Source: Gekko japonicus
Lineage: Eukaryota
DNA length: 64,000 nucleotides
NCBI RefSeq assembly: GCF_001447785.1
Contig: NW_015161967.1
Span: 483,956 to 547,955, forward strand
Direction of reading: 5' to 3'
The number at the start of each line of letters is the position of its first letter. Positions within the stretch are counted from its first letter, which is position 1. Shown in pieces: positions 24,533 through 36,875 of the stretch. The position numbers were made by a program, and so were the translations under genes. Below the pieces are notes generated by a model, which was not told the origin of the DNA, made no database searches, and worked only from the letters and a program-made list of their open reading frames with translations.

Positions 24533-25899
24533 TATGTCTCCTTAGCACCACAGGAAGTAGCCCCAGAGAATCTCACAGGAGTGCCAAGCCATAATTAGGC
24601 TCTTCTTGATTTGTGACCCTGTGGCTTTTAACTTTTTCCAGGTGGCTTTGACTGTCAGGAGGTGGACAGGCTGTGCTGGCTTCCACTTAGGCGAATCATT
24701 CCTTTCTATGGCTTTGAGGGGAAGCTCTGATTTTTAGGGATTCTTTCTGCCCCATATGAGGCCCTCAGCCATTGCAAGGAAACACATTGCAGCTTCCAGG
24801 CTTTGAAAAAAGGAGGCAGGAGATAGTGCATACCTATTAAAATCATTCTATAAGTCCCAGAAATTCTTTCACAAGTGAACCTGCAGGTAGGGCTGGCTGA
24901 CATCTCATGTTTTAAGGGACACCCCTTAGGCAAGTATTTCAGAGTACCACAGATGATAGCTGTAGAGGCCTCACCTCAAAACGTTGTCACTCTCCAGAAC
25001 TCCGTAGATCAGACACCACAACTCTGCAGTATCTTCCCTCTTATACACAAAGGTGCACACTTTGAACTCTTGGGTTGGTAGCCTCAGCTGTCGGAGTTGC
25101 AGGCAGCCCACAGAAGAGAGGACCAGAAAGGTAGGATCAGAGTGGAGCAGAGTTCCATGGGGTGCAAAAGGTAATTATTCTGCAAACACCTCACAGACTG
25201 CCAGAATGTCTTTCTGACTTCATGTGAATTCCTTGCATCCCCCAGCCTCCCGCACACTCATGCGCTCCTGACAAGTCTCCCTCTCAACCATTCTGCAAGA
25301 GGTGTTCGGTAAAAGGCAAACTTGCAGATGTCTGGCTTTCTCACTGAAAGAGTCAGAACCCCTGCATCAGCCCTGAAAGTGAGATTTGTCTGTGAAAACC
25401 AGGGTTTTAAATATTCTAATTGTCTGCTATAAAATTCCAACTTCCTCCCCCAGGGGCATGAGTGACTTTAGATCATTAACACCGCAAGCCTCCATGATGA
25501 TTGCCGAACTGTTTGCAAGTGACTTAATCAGGATGGGTTGTCTGACTGCCCCATTTTAATTTTATTGCACTGATTAAGTTTCCTTAGCTAATATGTGTTG
25601 CCTTTCCAATTCAATTAAATGAGAATCCCCTTCCATTACTCGGTAATACTGAAGTGCCTTAGTGGGTTAGGGCTGCTCTTGGTATTTTCAATTGATACCA
25701 GCTCCCTCGACGCACACCCTGCCTACACTAAATGAAATCAATGGGAGCTTAAATTAAAATTATAGGAGGTCGGTACTGCAAACATTTTGCCTGGCATTCT
25801 GGCCAACATTTGTCGCCTGGCTGAGAATATATTAGAATCCAGTGCATTAATTATGCTTACCAGGGCATCTTCTGTAGTAATGTCTCATGTATTTGTGAG

Positions 25900-25939
25900 T
25901 CTGTTTCCTTTCTCCCTCTTAATCACTTTGCAGGTAAGG
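25900..25939 (+). promoter_or_regulatory. Candidate recursive splice site (3' splice site directly abutting a 5' splice site)
   Basis: TCTGTTTCCTTTCTCCCTCTTAATCACTTTGCAG|GTAAGG: AG at 25932-25933, GT at 25934-25935, and no other AG for ~32 nt upstream. Confidence 0.4.
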
Positions 25940-26809
25940 ATGCCATGAACTTTGTAGTGAATGTGCCATATATGGCAGCTGCGATCACCTATGAGTCAAA
26001 CCTCCAATCTGTTTGCCTGTCCACCCTCCAGCTCTCATGGCTGCTGAAGAGCTGTGCAGCTGTGCGGTAGCTGTGTTGGTGTGTTTTCTTTCCTTGTGCT
26101 AGTGGAGTTTCATTTCCTTGCACTGCAAGGTCTTCTGCATCTGTGCAGTAGGTGACATGATTCTACCCAGGGTCATAAATGGTGAGGTCAGTTAATTAAA
26201 CGATGCAATGCCTCCCATGAGGTTGTGTGAAAATGCACTTGCGTGAGAGGATATCGATAACGTGGACTTAATCCAACACCAAACAGTAAGACTGTTTTAC
26301 AAATACAGTGTTTATTTATAATTGCTAGCTGACTGATCTTTCTCACAGTTTATTTATGTGATCTGAGCAGCACTGCTGTGACAACAGGTCTGCTGGGGGG
26401 GGGGGAGTAGCAGGTGGCATGAGAATGCCCGTGTGTGAAATACTGTCAGTTACACTGCATTGTTGAAGTATGTAAATACTAGCCTGACAAATAGACTCAT
26501 AATCTTTGTGGACTACTGAACTGATTAACAACAACAAAAATGGCTCCCTGCTTATGGCTGGAAGATAGACCGTGAACCAAAGTGGCAGGTGTTCAAGCAT
26601 CCCTATTTGCCAGCAAAAGAGACACCACTGAAAACCTGAGGAGGAAGGGCAAGTAATAGACTGCAGACTTCTTTCTGGATGAGAGAGCTGTCCAGTGCCC
26701 ATTCTCCTTCTTTTCCACTGCTTGAGGGAGCTATCAGTGCTTTTGTGATATCAGTACACCAATAGCCTTTCTCTTTTCAGCCATATTTGTATGCCTATGC
26801 TAATTTTGG

Positions 26810-28160
26810 GAGTCTATATGTGATAAAATCACATTTTAAAACCATTAAAATAACCCCTGATACACATCATTAAAACAATTAAAAAATCTCCCGGGAACGA
26901 CGGCTTCCCGGCTGAATTTTATAAACAATATTTGTTTCACTTGGCCCCCCTTCTTACGAAAATCTTTAATGATATACTCACCTTTGGGATCATTCCACCA
27001 ACATGGAATGAGGCCACCATTGTTGTTATCCCTAAAAAAGACCGAGACACTACTAATGTTAAATCATATAGGCCCATATCATTGTTAAATCAAGACTATA
27101 AGATATTTGCAGCACTGCTGGCTAGGAGGCTCAACTCGATTATTCCTCAATATATCCATACTGATCAAACGGGGTTTATTCCCAACCGCGATATAACGGA
27201 CAACATTTATAAAACCTTGGACTTGATACATTTTTGTAAATCACGAAATGTTGGCCCATCGTTGCTTCTGTCCTTAGACATCGAGAAGGCATTTGACCAG
27301 GTGGAGACGAAATACCTTTTCACTTTACTGGACCATCTGAGAATTGGTCCCAACTTTCGGAGGGCTATCCAGTCGATTTATGACCATCCAACTGCAACAG
27401 TCCACCTGAATGGTATGTCTTCTTCCTGGTTTTCTATATCGCGAGGGACGAGGCAAGGGTGCCCACTTTCCCCCTTGCTGTTTGCTTTGGCGTTAGAGCC
27501 ATTGGCTGAGGCCCTACGGGCAGACCAGGATTTTAAAGGTATAAAAATACAGGATAAACACTATAAGCTTAGCTTATTTGCCGATGATATGAAAACAATT
27601 AAAAAACAGAGTAAAACTACTTACAAAACATAAAAAAGAGCAATTAAAACATTGATTAGGAAGAAGGGACCACTGAGGGAACGCCAAACGAAACAAAAAA
27701 AGTCTTCACCTGTTGGCAGAAGATGGCAACAGAAGGTGATAGACTAATCTCCTTGAGACAAGAGTTCCAGAGCTTTGGTACCATGACTGAGAAGGCCCTC
27801 TCCTGGGTTGTGATCCGCCTAATCTCAGAAGTTGAAGACACCCAAAGGAGGGCCTCTGAAGAGGACCATAGTGGTAAGGCAGCTTCATAAGGGAGTAAGC
27901 AGTACTTCAGGTATATTGGTCCCAAACAGTATAGGACATTGAAGGTCAGCACTAACACCTTGAATTGTGCCTGAAAAGAAATTTGGAGCCAGTACGGATG
28001 GGCCAAGACTGGATATGGTCCCTACAACCCACCCGTTAACATCCTGGCTGTAGCATTCTGTACCAATTGACATTTCTGAACACTGCTCAAGGGCAGCCCA
28101 TGTAGAGCACATTGCAGTAATGTAATCTAGATGCAACCAGGGCATTCACCACATTTGCCA
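26810..28160 (-). mobile_element. L2 LINE 3' fragment; its AT-rich tail is interrupted by the L1 piece
   Basis: Minus-strand YWLQISFQAQFKVLVLTFNVLYCLGPIYLK..RAFSVMVPKLWNS..FCQQVKTFF and a degenerate LDY motif, typical of the L2 ORF2 C-terminus. Confidence 0.85.
26887..27591 (+). mobile_element. Internal L1-clade ORF2 reverse-transcriptase fragment with an uninterrupted frame
   Basis: (K)SPGNDGFPAEFYK..WNEATIVVIPKKDRD..SYRPISLLNQDYKI..DQTGFIPNR..LSLDIEKAFD..RGTRQGCPLSPLLFALALEPLA..LSLFADDM. Flanked by AAAACAATTAAAAAA at 26872-26886 and 27592-27606. Confidence 0.93.
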
Positions 28161-28726
28161 GGTATTTTCTGCCCAGTTACAATTCACGGAATCATTTTTT
28201 CTTCCTTATTCCACACTTTCCAACATTTGATGTCAGGAAATAGATATACCCATTTTTAACTTCTCCTTCTCCTCCTTTGAGTTTCAGTATGAATCATGTA
28301 AATTATGAGTGTTACTATCTCTGTATTGCAGATGAGGGGCTGAGTGACAGAAAGAGTTGTACGTAATGCTTCCTAGTGAGTTTGTGGCTTAAGATCAGAT
28401 TTTGAATGGGAGACTACAGTATTGAGGGCATGTATTCAAAAAAGATAGATGGAATGAGCATGGTCAAGCCAACATTAACTGGTTGCATCCATGAGGTCTA
28501 GTGGCATACCTTACTAAAGAATTCCTAAAATATTTAACAAAAGAATAATGTTCGCATTTATGTGTCACACACTTGCTCTTTTTTCTTATTTTGCTTATTA
28601 GTTTCAAAACTCATATCTTCAGACTTGTGTTAATAATGGTTGGAGGCTTAGTGTCCATACCTTTCTTATCAGAACAGTACTGCTGGTGGGGAAGCTATAT
28701 AGGCATGGCACACATCAAGTACATTA

Positions 28727-29012
28727 GAAGAAGAAGAAGAGATTGGATTTATACCCCGCCCTTCACTACTCAAGGGAGTCTCAGAGCGGCTTACAAACTC
28801 CTTTCCCTTCCCCTCCCCACAACAGACACCCTGTGAGGTGGGTGGGGCTGAGAGAGCTCTGACACAAACTGCTCTTTTTCAAGGACAGCTGTGCCAGAGC
28901 TTGTGACTGACCCAAGGTCACATCAGCAGGTGCAAGTGGAGGAGTGGGGAATCAAACCGGGTTCTCCCAGATTAGAGTCCGCGCACATAACCACGACACC
29001 AAACTGGCTCTC
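28727..29012 (-). mobile_element. Squam3-like SINE
   Basis: Reverse complement of the 17517 family, with an (AGA)n tail. The head is partly duplicated at 29012-29033. Confidence 0.85.
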
Positions 29013-29064
29013 ACATAACCACGACACCAAACTTAGCACCAATCTGTGCACAAACCATGAATCT

Positions 29065-29288
29065 ATTTATTTATTAACATATTTATGCCCCATTTTTCTC
29101 CCCAGTGGGTATCTAGAGCAAGTAATAACCTACTTCTCTGTTTTATCCTCCCAACAAAAACCCTGTGAGGTGGGTAAAGCTGAGAGGGAGTGACTGTACC
29201 AAGGTCATCCAGTGAGCTTCCATGGCAGCAGAGTGGGGATTAGAGCCCAGATCTCCCAAATCTTAGTTCAACACTAACCACTACACAC
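29065..29288 (-). mobile_element. Older MIR/Squam3-like SINE
   Basis: TTTTATCCTCCCAACAAAAACCCTGTGAGGTGGG..CAAGGTCATCCAGTGAGCTTCCATGGCAG..AACCACTACAC. Confidence 0.65.
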
Positions 29289-29290
29289 AG

Positions 29291-29858
29291 GGCGTGATCA
29301 CATGCACAATTAGCCCCACCATAGTTGCGAATGCCAGGCAGATTTAAAGGGTGCGATCAGACAGAAACATCTGGGAAGCGCCCCGCACCCGTTGGCAACC
29401 CATTTTGCTCCGCCACAGAAGCAGAGTAAAAAGACACTGGGGAAAATCTGGTAGTAAACGGGTTGCGATGGGCCACGGATGGAGTTTCCCGTGTCTGGTC
29501 GCTCCAGCGTGCTCTCATGGCGTCGGGATGGTCTGATCAGGCCATCCCAACTCCGTACTGTTGTTTTCCCCCCCTTCTCAGTATGCGCATCATCGCAAAC
29601 TCCATAGGGAGATCTCAGTGTGGAGATGCGATTCATCTATTCCTCGTGGAAGCGCATCAGAAACAAACAGCAAAAAAAAACCCCACAAAATGACTCACCT
29701 GCAATTGTGTCTGATTATGCAGTGGCGGGCTGTGCCCGCAGCTTCCAAGGACTGTGTGATTGCGCAGCTGCGAATCACGCATCTGCAGGTTAAATCCCCC
29801 CGGGGGAAAAACCCCCACCCCCCCCCCCCCTCTTTATCTCGTGCGTGTGACTGCCCCC
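29291..29858. mobile_element. CpG-rich non-autonomous DNA transposon (probably Harbinger-like)
   Basis: Imperfect terminal inverted repeats GGGCGTGATCACATGCAC / GTGCGTGTGACTGCCCCC, an internal inverted pair ATCAGACA / TGTCTGAT, and CpG excess over the flanks. Confidence 0.5.
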
Positions 29859-30546
29859 ATAGACTCTCTAACCTGGATGCAAAGAGATATTGAACTTCGA
29901 ATGCATTAGGATTCGGTTTAATATACATTAAAATAATTGTTACTCTTAGTTACTCTTAGTGCCTAAACAATGAAGCATCAGAAGGGTGCCATCTCACCAA
30001 CAGCTATTACAAGAGGGGCCATTTTATGTAGGCCCTGCAATCATGCTCTTCTTCATCAGAATGGCAGTGGAAATGTTATTTCAAAGATTTTCCCCCCACC
30101 AAAGGAATATGCCTTTTGTAAAGCTGTAGCATATATACTCTACCCTCAATATTCTGGCTACGTAAGAAGTGATGCAAATGTTAGCCATGGCATATCAATC
30201 CTATTTTACAGATGATTGTAATTTCCCAAATGTCAAAGCTCCAAATTTTTCTCCTAAAGCAAACTTTTCAGTGCCAAAATAGATTTGCTTCCATAATATA
30301 TCACTCTGTACAGGGCAGGGGGAAAATATGAAATCTTTATGTACTGTATTATTAATCAATGAGGCATTAAGATTCTTGGGAGGGTGGCTGGACCCTGGGA
30401 AATGAAAAACTGCCACCATCTGAGCTCCGTAAGCCATTGCTGATGGGAAGCTTGCCTGGACTCTCTTGCTGGTCACGTGCCACAGAAGCCTCTGTGTACA
30501 GCCTGAAACCAGTTTCTGCAGATGCTTCTAGCTAACGTGAACAGTT

Positions 30547-30574
<28 letters not shown>

Positions 30575-30577
<3 letters not shown>

Positions 30578-30735
30578 ATTAAATTTTTGTTCTTCCTTTC
30601 CTCCAAGGAGCTCAGGGCAGCATACATGGGCTTTCCTCTCTTTGTAAGGGTACGTTAGACTGAGAGAGAGTGGAACCCAGTAAGCTTCAGGACTGGGTGT
30701 GGATTTGAAGCTGGATGTTCCCAGTCCTAGTCAGT
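30575..30735 (-). mobile_element. Old MIR/Squam3-like SINE next to a (CA)n microsatellite at 30547-30573
   Basis: CCTTTCCTCCAAGGAGCTCAGGGCAGCATACATGG..CCCAGTAAGCTTCA..GGATTTGAA. Confidence 0.55.
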
Positions 30736-33700
30736 TTTCCATGCATGTTCTATGGCAAGGCTCTGCTGGGTGCTCATGTTGCTTGATGACTCATGGCAGC
30801 TAGAGCATCACTTCTGCCTTTTGGGTAACGTGAGAAGCCTGGGACCATGGAGGGAGGCAAGAACCCTTTTGCTCTGCTTCTTTTCCATGCTAATTATAAC
30901 CCAGTTTGCCAACAAATGATCGTTCCAAACATAGTCCAGGGTTTCTTGCATTATTATAGCAAGACAGAGAGTCTGTGCAGCAGCTTCCGTAATGACCAAA
31001 TGGTGGGTGCCAATGACCATCCTCTGAGGAGTGGTAGTGCTTCATCAAAGTATAGACTGAATCCACAGTGCTACTTATGGTGAGAATTCTCAGTGGAGTC
31101 TTTGATTTTCTTTCTTTCATGAATCCCTGTGCTACACTGCAAGATTTTTTTTTTAAGTGTCTCAATGGCATAAATGATTGTCTTTATGATGGTGGGAGAG
31201 GCGTGCTGCTTGAGAAACTCCAAGCCAAAGGCCTCTTGAGCATGCGGAACTTGTTGCTCATTTATTTGGATCCCGGTCATAGTCGTAGGTACTCAGTAGC
31301 ATATTCATAGACGCAATCACAAAGCAGTTTGCACTCCCCACTCCACCTCAGGACAGCGGTTGCAAGGTTCCGTTAGGAATGCGATACTTTAATTCACTGG
31401 ATGCTCACAAGAGCAAACAGGATCAGTTCCTAAAAGGCACTTTGCGTTTATGCTCACTGAAAACATTCATTCACAGCTTGGGGAAAAATGGTGTCTTTAT
31501 CTTTAATGGGCCATGGCTCCAAACTGGAACTGTTATGAGTCTCTTGTGCCATCAGGAGTGGAGACGGAAGTATACCTCCTACACAGCCTCCCAGAGAACA
31601 TACTGTTCCTTCCTCATATTTCCCCTTGAATAATCCTCATGCGTGACCTTGAAAGCTGCAGTCAACCCTGGATAAGATCATTTGAGCACTGTACATTTCC
31701 ATAGGGTACAGCAAGGTTTTGTTTTTATTCTGTAGTGTATAAAATATGAACAGCAGAAAATGGGCTTTAATTAGAAATCTGTTCTCAAACGTCCAATTTT
31801 ATTGTAAGTCTGTATATATGAAGCTGCTTGTAGGGGCCCAAGGCCATTGGTCTGTCCAGCCCAGTAGTCTCTATCCTGATTGGAAGTAGCTTCCTCCAGA
31901 CTATTTCATAGTAATGACACGGGAGACCCACAGCAAAATGTTGTGCTTTTTTGAGGGGGCTCCCCTTCTCCATCCGCATCGCCACAGATCTCTTTCTCCC
32001 CTTCTCCATCCACATCACCACAGAGCTCTTTCTCTGGAGGACCACATTTCCCAGTCCTGAAGGAACAGCTGGGTATCTCTCCAGGTGGGAGGTTTGCTCC
32101 TTACCTGTCCTCCCACCCCATCGGAATTGGACTCGTTTGCTATGGGGATGATTGTCCCAACTTAGACCCTCTGAAGAGTCTGCATTTCTGAGCATTGGGG
32201 CTTCAGGTAGGACAACTTGCCTCTTCAAGGCCCAAAGCTCTCTTTTGTGATCCAGTTCCCCTTAAGACTGCTATGGTGAGGATTGGCGTTTGATGCTGCA
32301 GCTCATGTCCGGAACCCCCAGTTCTCAGCTCAGCAGCCTTAAAGGAACACAAATAAAATGTTCAGATTTATCACTCCTCCATTTATTAAAAAAAAAGAAA
32401 AGAGTATAGCCCCCTCCACATTTTAGATATTCCTGCAGGAAACTTCAGAAATCAAATTAAGTGTTGATTAAATGGATAGAACCTATTGGGTCAATGTAAC
32501 CAGAGTTGTTTTTAAAGGCTAAATTAATATAGTAACTGAAGCATAACTGTTCTGTGTCTCAGGTGACCTTGTGTTTTTATAAAAATGGTCATAAAAAGAC
32601 AGATGATGATGACTAGGCAATTTGGCCGATCTGCACCATTCTTTTTTGGGTAGCTGTGCCAACACTCTGACTCTTCTCTGCTGCAGCTTTCCCTCGGGCT
32701 CCTGACTCCCTCCCTTTCCCTATCAGCAGATTCCCCAAAGCACAGATTTAATTCCATTCTCATGCCTCAAGAACTTCAAATCCCTGCTTTGGGCTTTGCG
32801 CTCTGTCTTTCAGCAAGCTCAGTTGGGAAAGGCAGTACAAACCCCCTTCATATTGCTTGTTTTCCCTTATCATTGTTGTTCCCTGAAGGAACATGCATGT
32901 TCAGTTGAAAACTTTTCTAGTCCCAGCAGGCGCCATTCTTTTCTTGGAGCTTAGCCATTTAAGAGTCTTCAGGATCCATGGTTGCATCCAGAAGGTTCAT
33001 CTCTAGATATAGTTATCTCAGAGTGTTGTAGAGCTGGATGGAAAGATCTTTTCCAGTCTTTGGAGTGCCAGTGTCACCACAGTCGTCCTGTTGAAGAGGT
33101 CATGGCATGGCTCAGTGGCAGAACCCATTGCTTAGGTTTATTCCTTGGCTTTTCTTGATGAGAGGGTTATAGAGGTTAGAGCTGGAGATGCTGCCCAAGA
33201 CTTTGGTTAGTTTAAATGGACTTACTTTCCAGTCAAGAAAAACTCAATGGAAGGAGTTGATAGGTTTTTATGGTATGGAAACTGCCGTAGCATGATATCT
33301 TGTCTGTTGTCTTTACCTCAGCGAGCCATTAAAAGCACCAGCCGCTGTCCTGCCCCTTTGCAGCAAGCCTTGATATCCACCTGCAGTCAGCTCTTTGTTG
33401 CTGGAAACACATTTAAACACGCAGACTCAAAGTCAGCTTCTGGTTGCTGGTTGAACAGTACTTCTGAGGAAGGTGAAGTGACAGTTCATGCCACTGAGTA
33501 AGCATCATAATGGCAGCCTTGGCCACCAGCAGCCCTCCAGAGTCCTGGGCCAAGGCCTTTTTCAGCCCCGCAATGCTAGTTCCCACTTACTTGTAAACCT
33601 TTTCCTAAATATTACAGCCTCTGGTGGATACTGACACAGTTTTCCTCATTGGCACCTTTCCTCTCATCAGGGGAGTGTCTCCAGCCACTGTCAAATATAA

Positions 33701-34002
33701 CACCACAAAGCCAATTAAAAGCCAGGCACAATCCCTGACTTACCTCAGAATTAGGCTCAGATGAGCCAAGATCTTTGGCAGTAAGTGGCTCGGAGCACTC
33801 AGAGAGATATGCAGAATTCCATAGCACTCCCAAGAATGTCAAGAGAAGCAGAGTGGGATTCTCAAAGCCCTTCCACCACCACCCCTTGCCAGCTTCGTTT
33901 GAGCTACTGTGGAAGAAAGTGGTGGAGGCAGCTGATCTGTCCACAAACTGATAAGAAGCCTCTTTCCTGCCTCCTGCCTCCTCTTCCTCCACCAGCACAT
34001 TC

Positions 34003-34262
34003 GAGCCAATTTGGTTAAGTGTGCGGACTCTAATCTGGGAGAACCAGGTTTGCTTCCCCATGCCTCCACTTGCAGCTGCTGCATGACTTCGGGCAAGCCA
34101 TAGTTCTGTCAGAACTGTTCTCTCAAGGGCAGTTCTCTCAACAGCTCTCTCAGCCCCACCTACCTCACAGGGTTTGTTGTGGGGAGGGGAAGGGAAAGGA
34201 GTTTGTAAGCCATTCTGAGACGCCAAGTGAAGGGCGGGGTATAAATCCAATCTCTTCTTCTT
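34003..34262 (+). mobile_element. Squam3-like SINE
   Basis: GAGCCAATTTGGTTAAGTGTGCGGACTCTAATCTGGGAGAACCAGGTTTG..AGTGAAGGGCGGGGTATAAATCCAATCTCTTCTTC. Confidence 0.85.
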
Positions 34263-34908
34263 GTACCCTTCGAAATATGGCCTCTGAAGTGTCTAATAAT
34301 TACTGTGCAATGCTCTGGATGCTATGTATCCAAGGGTGTACCAGATGCACTTTGGACCATGCCAAATGATTTTGGGGAAGGAGGAAGGAGGCCAGCCTTC
34401 ACTGAAGCCACCACCCAGCTCTTCCCCTAAAGCTGCAAGTGAGTTGTGTTGGGGGGGCAGGAGGAGGAGGAGAGGGAGTTTGTGGCTTGGATATACAGTC
34501 TGAGTTACAGAAAAATGCAGGGCTTTAATGTAGAGCAAGTATTCTAATCATGGGACGTTGTTTATCTTCTTCTGGGCTGAATAAGCCAAATGCTGACAGC
34601 TTCTCTAACACCAAGACTCAGTTTATCTTTTGTCTCTGCATTCAAGAAGCAGATCTGATCCTGGGAATAAAACTGGTGCTCTGAGAATATCATCTATTTT
34701 ATATTTTAAACAGAGGGAAATTTCTAGACCTATGGTTGACAAGATGTTGTGGCCTCAGTAGGGTCAGAAATGACTCCTGGTGTACGGCATGGGGACCAGC
34801 ACTGGTGATTTTGGAGTTTCATGCATGTGTGTGCATGCTTATAAACAACCAGAAAGGCAAATCACACAACTGAGCTCAAGGCTCCACCTTGTTCAGCCAT
34901 TCCTTTTA

Positions 34909-35338
34909 TTTTTATTTTTCAAATTCGTTTTATTCTTTTTTCATTTACATCATTACAACAAGATTGTGCAAGATAAGCATGTACATATTATCTACCTATA
35001 CATATACCTATACATATAATACTCTACATCAAACATATAGCGCTCTGTTCAGTCTAATCTATAGGGTGATGTGTTTCATTTCCGTACAAATCATACTACG
35101 TGTCAGTAAATACATTTCCTGAGTGCTACAAAAGATGAAGAGTACTTATTACATCAGGTACTGTTTCTTTAATGGTTAGATATGCTAAAATGGGAGACCA
35201 TATACATGTGATATCATTGTGTTCTCCTTTGGGTTTGTTTTGTTTCAAAATGTCTGAGGTTTTTTCCATTACATATAGGTTCCATAGTTTTTTATATAAT
35301 GTTGTCATGTTCAATTTGTTTTGGGATTTCCATGTGGA
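34909..35338 (-). mobile_element. 5'-truncated L1 (ORF2 C-terminus, 3' UTR, A-rich tail)
   Basis: Minus-strand STWKSQNKLNMTTLYKKLWNLYVMEKTSDIL..CIWSPILAYL resembles the non-mammalian L1 C-terminus. AATAAA and an A-rich tail follow. Target-site duplication AGCCATTCCTTTTA at 34895-34908 and 35339-35352. Confidence 0.8.
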
Positions 35339-35982
35339 AGCCATTCCTTTTAGAGAGACAAACCGTGTCCCCAAATTAACGTTTCTCTTAGGGGTTTTTT
35401 TTTTAATGTTGTCTGCCAGAATTGGAGCATCAATACTAGTTAGCTTGGAAAATCCATCTGTGTTAACAGAGGTGTTTCCACAAGACTTGAGAGGTTCCTG
35501 AGCTGTTGCTATGGGAGTCTTCAGCAGGGAGAGAAGCGATTTTTCTTGGAGACTTGCTGCTGCTTTGCAAAACAATTGGTGCTCTCAGTTCATTTTGTAG
35601 ATCCATCAATGTCTTCTCTCCGGCCCCCCTCCTCCCTGTTTTCTTTTAACTAACACCAGAATCTTCCTGTTCCATCACCTGCAACCTGAGAGCACAAAAC
35701 TAAATAGGTTAAAAGAATTTGAGCTCTGCTGAGACTTGCATTGCATTGATTCTGGCAAAAGGGTTGTTTCCCTTCCACATTAATGTCTTATTGATTGGGG
35801 CAAAGACCTTTGTCTTTATGATTTTGTTGGCGGCCTCCCTGCAACAAAGGCTTGATCTTTTCTGCAGGCACCCTTCCCCACCCCAAACACTCATGTCTCT
35901 CTAGTACCTATTTTGCACTCTGTGCAAAGGAAAAAAAGAGGGGGAGTGCTGTGCCAAGGAAATCTGAATGCCCATGCCAAGA

Positions 35983-36875
35983 AAAGCTAAATTCTATGAA
36001 CTGTTTAAATTATGCAAATATGCTTGGTTCCTCTTCGTTTGTATAACGTATTGAAAGTGGTGTCTTGCTGGATCAGACCAATGGTCCATCCCGTCCAGCA
36101 TCCTGTCTCACACACTGGTCTGCAAGTAGCCATGGAGGGCCAACAAGCAGGACATAGAGGCTGTTCAGAGGTCTACTGTCTCTGAATGTGAAAGTTATCT
36201 TTATTCACTGTGGCTGGTAGCCACGTCTCCTTCACAGAATCCAGGGTCATCTAGTCCAACCTTTTGCACAATGCAGAAAATTCACAAATACCTTCCCCCA
36301 CAGCCCCACACTCCCAGTGACCCCTGTTCCATGCCCAGAAGATGGCAAGGAACCTCCAGGATCCCTCGCCAAACTGGCCTGGAGAAAAATTGCTGCCTAA
36401 CCCATTCATTACTCCTAATCCTTTTTTTAAAGCTAAATTCTATGAACTGTTTAAATTATGCAAATATGCTTGGTTCCTCTTCGTTTGTATAACGTATTGA
36501 AAGTGGTGTCTTGCTGGATCAGACCAATGGTCCATCCCGTCCAGCATCCTGTCTCACACACTGGTCAGCAAGTAGCCATGGAGGGCCAACAAGCAGGACA
36601 TAGAGGCTGTTCAGAGGTCTACTGTCTCTGAATGTGAAAGTTATCTTTATTCACCGTGGCTGGTAGCCACGTCTCCTTCACAGAATCCAGGGTCATCTAG
36701 TCCAACCTTTTGCACAATGCAGAAAATTCACAAATACCTTCCCCCACAGCCCCACACTCCCAGTGACCCCTGTTCCATGCCCAGAAGATGGCAAGGAACC
36801 TCCAGGATCCCTCGCCAAACTGGCCTGGAGAAAAATTGCTGCCTAACCCATTCATTACTCCTAATCCTTTTTTTA
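35983..36875. repeat. Near-identical 446-bp tandem duplication
   Basis: AAAGCTAAATTCTATGAACTG starts at 35983 and 36429. I see only a few differences (for example TGCAAG/AGCAAG and CACTGT/CACCGT). Confidence 0.95.

Noticed and set aside
3595-24650. Other AG|GT junctions (~3618, ~4298, ~11698, ~24641) as recursive splice sites
   Set aside because: The donor halves (GTCACC, GTGTTT, GTACAG, GTGGCT) are weak, or the pyrimidine tract is interrupted by an upstream AG.
26932-27633. Domesticated RT gene or retron-like system
   Set aside because: No true start codon or splice context, the RT is truncated just after FADD, and the flanking duplications indicate a simple insertion.
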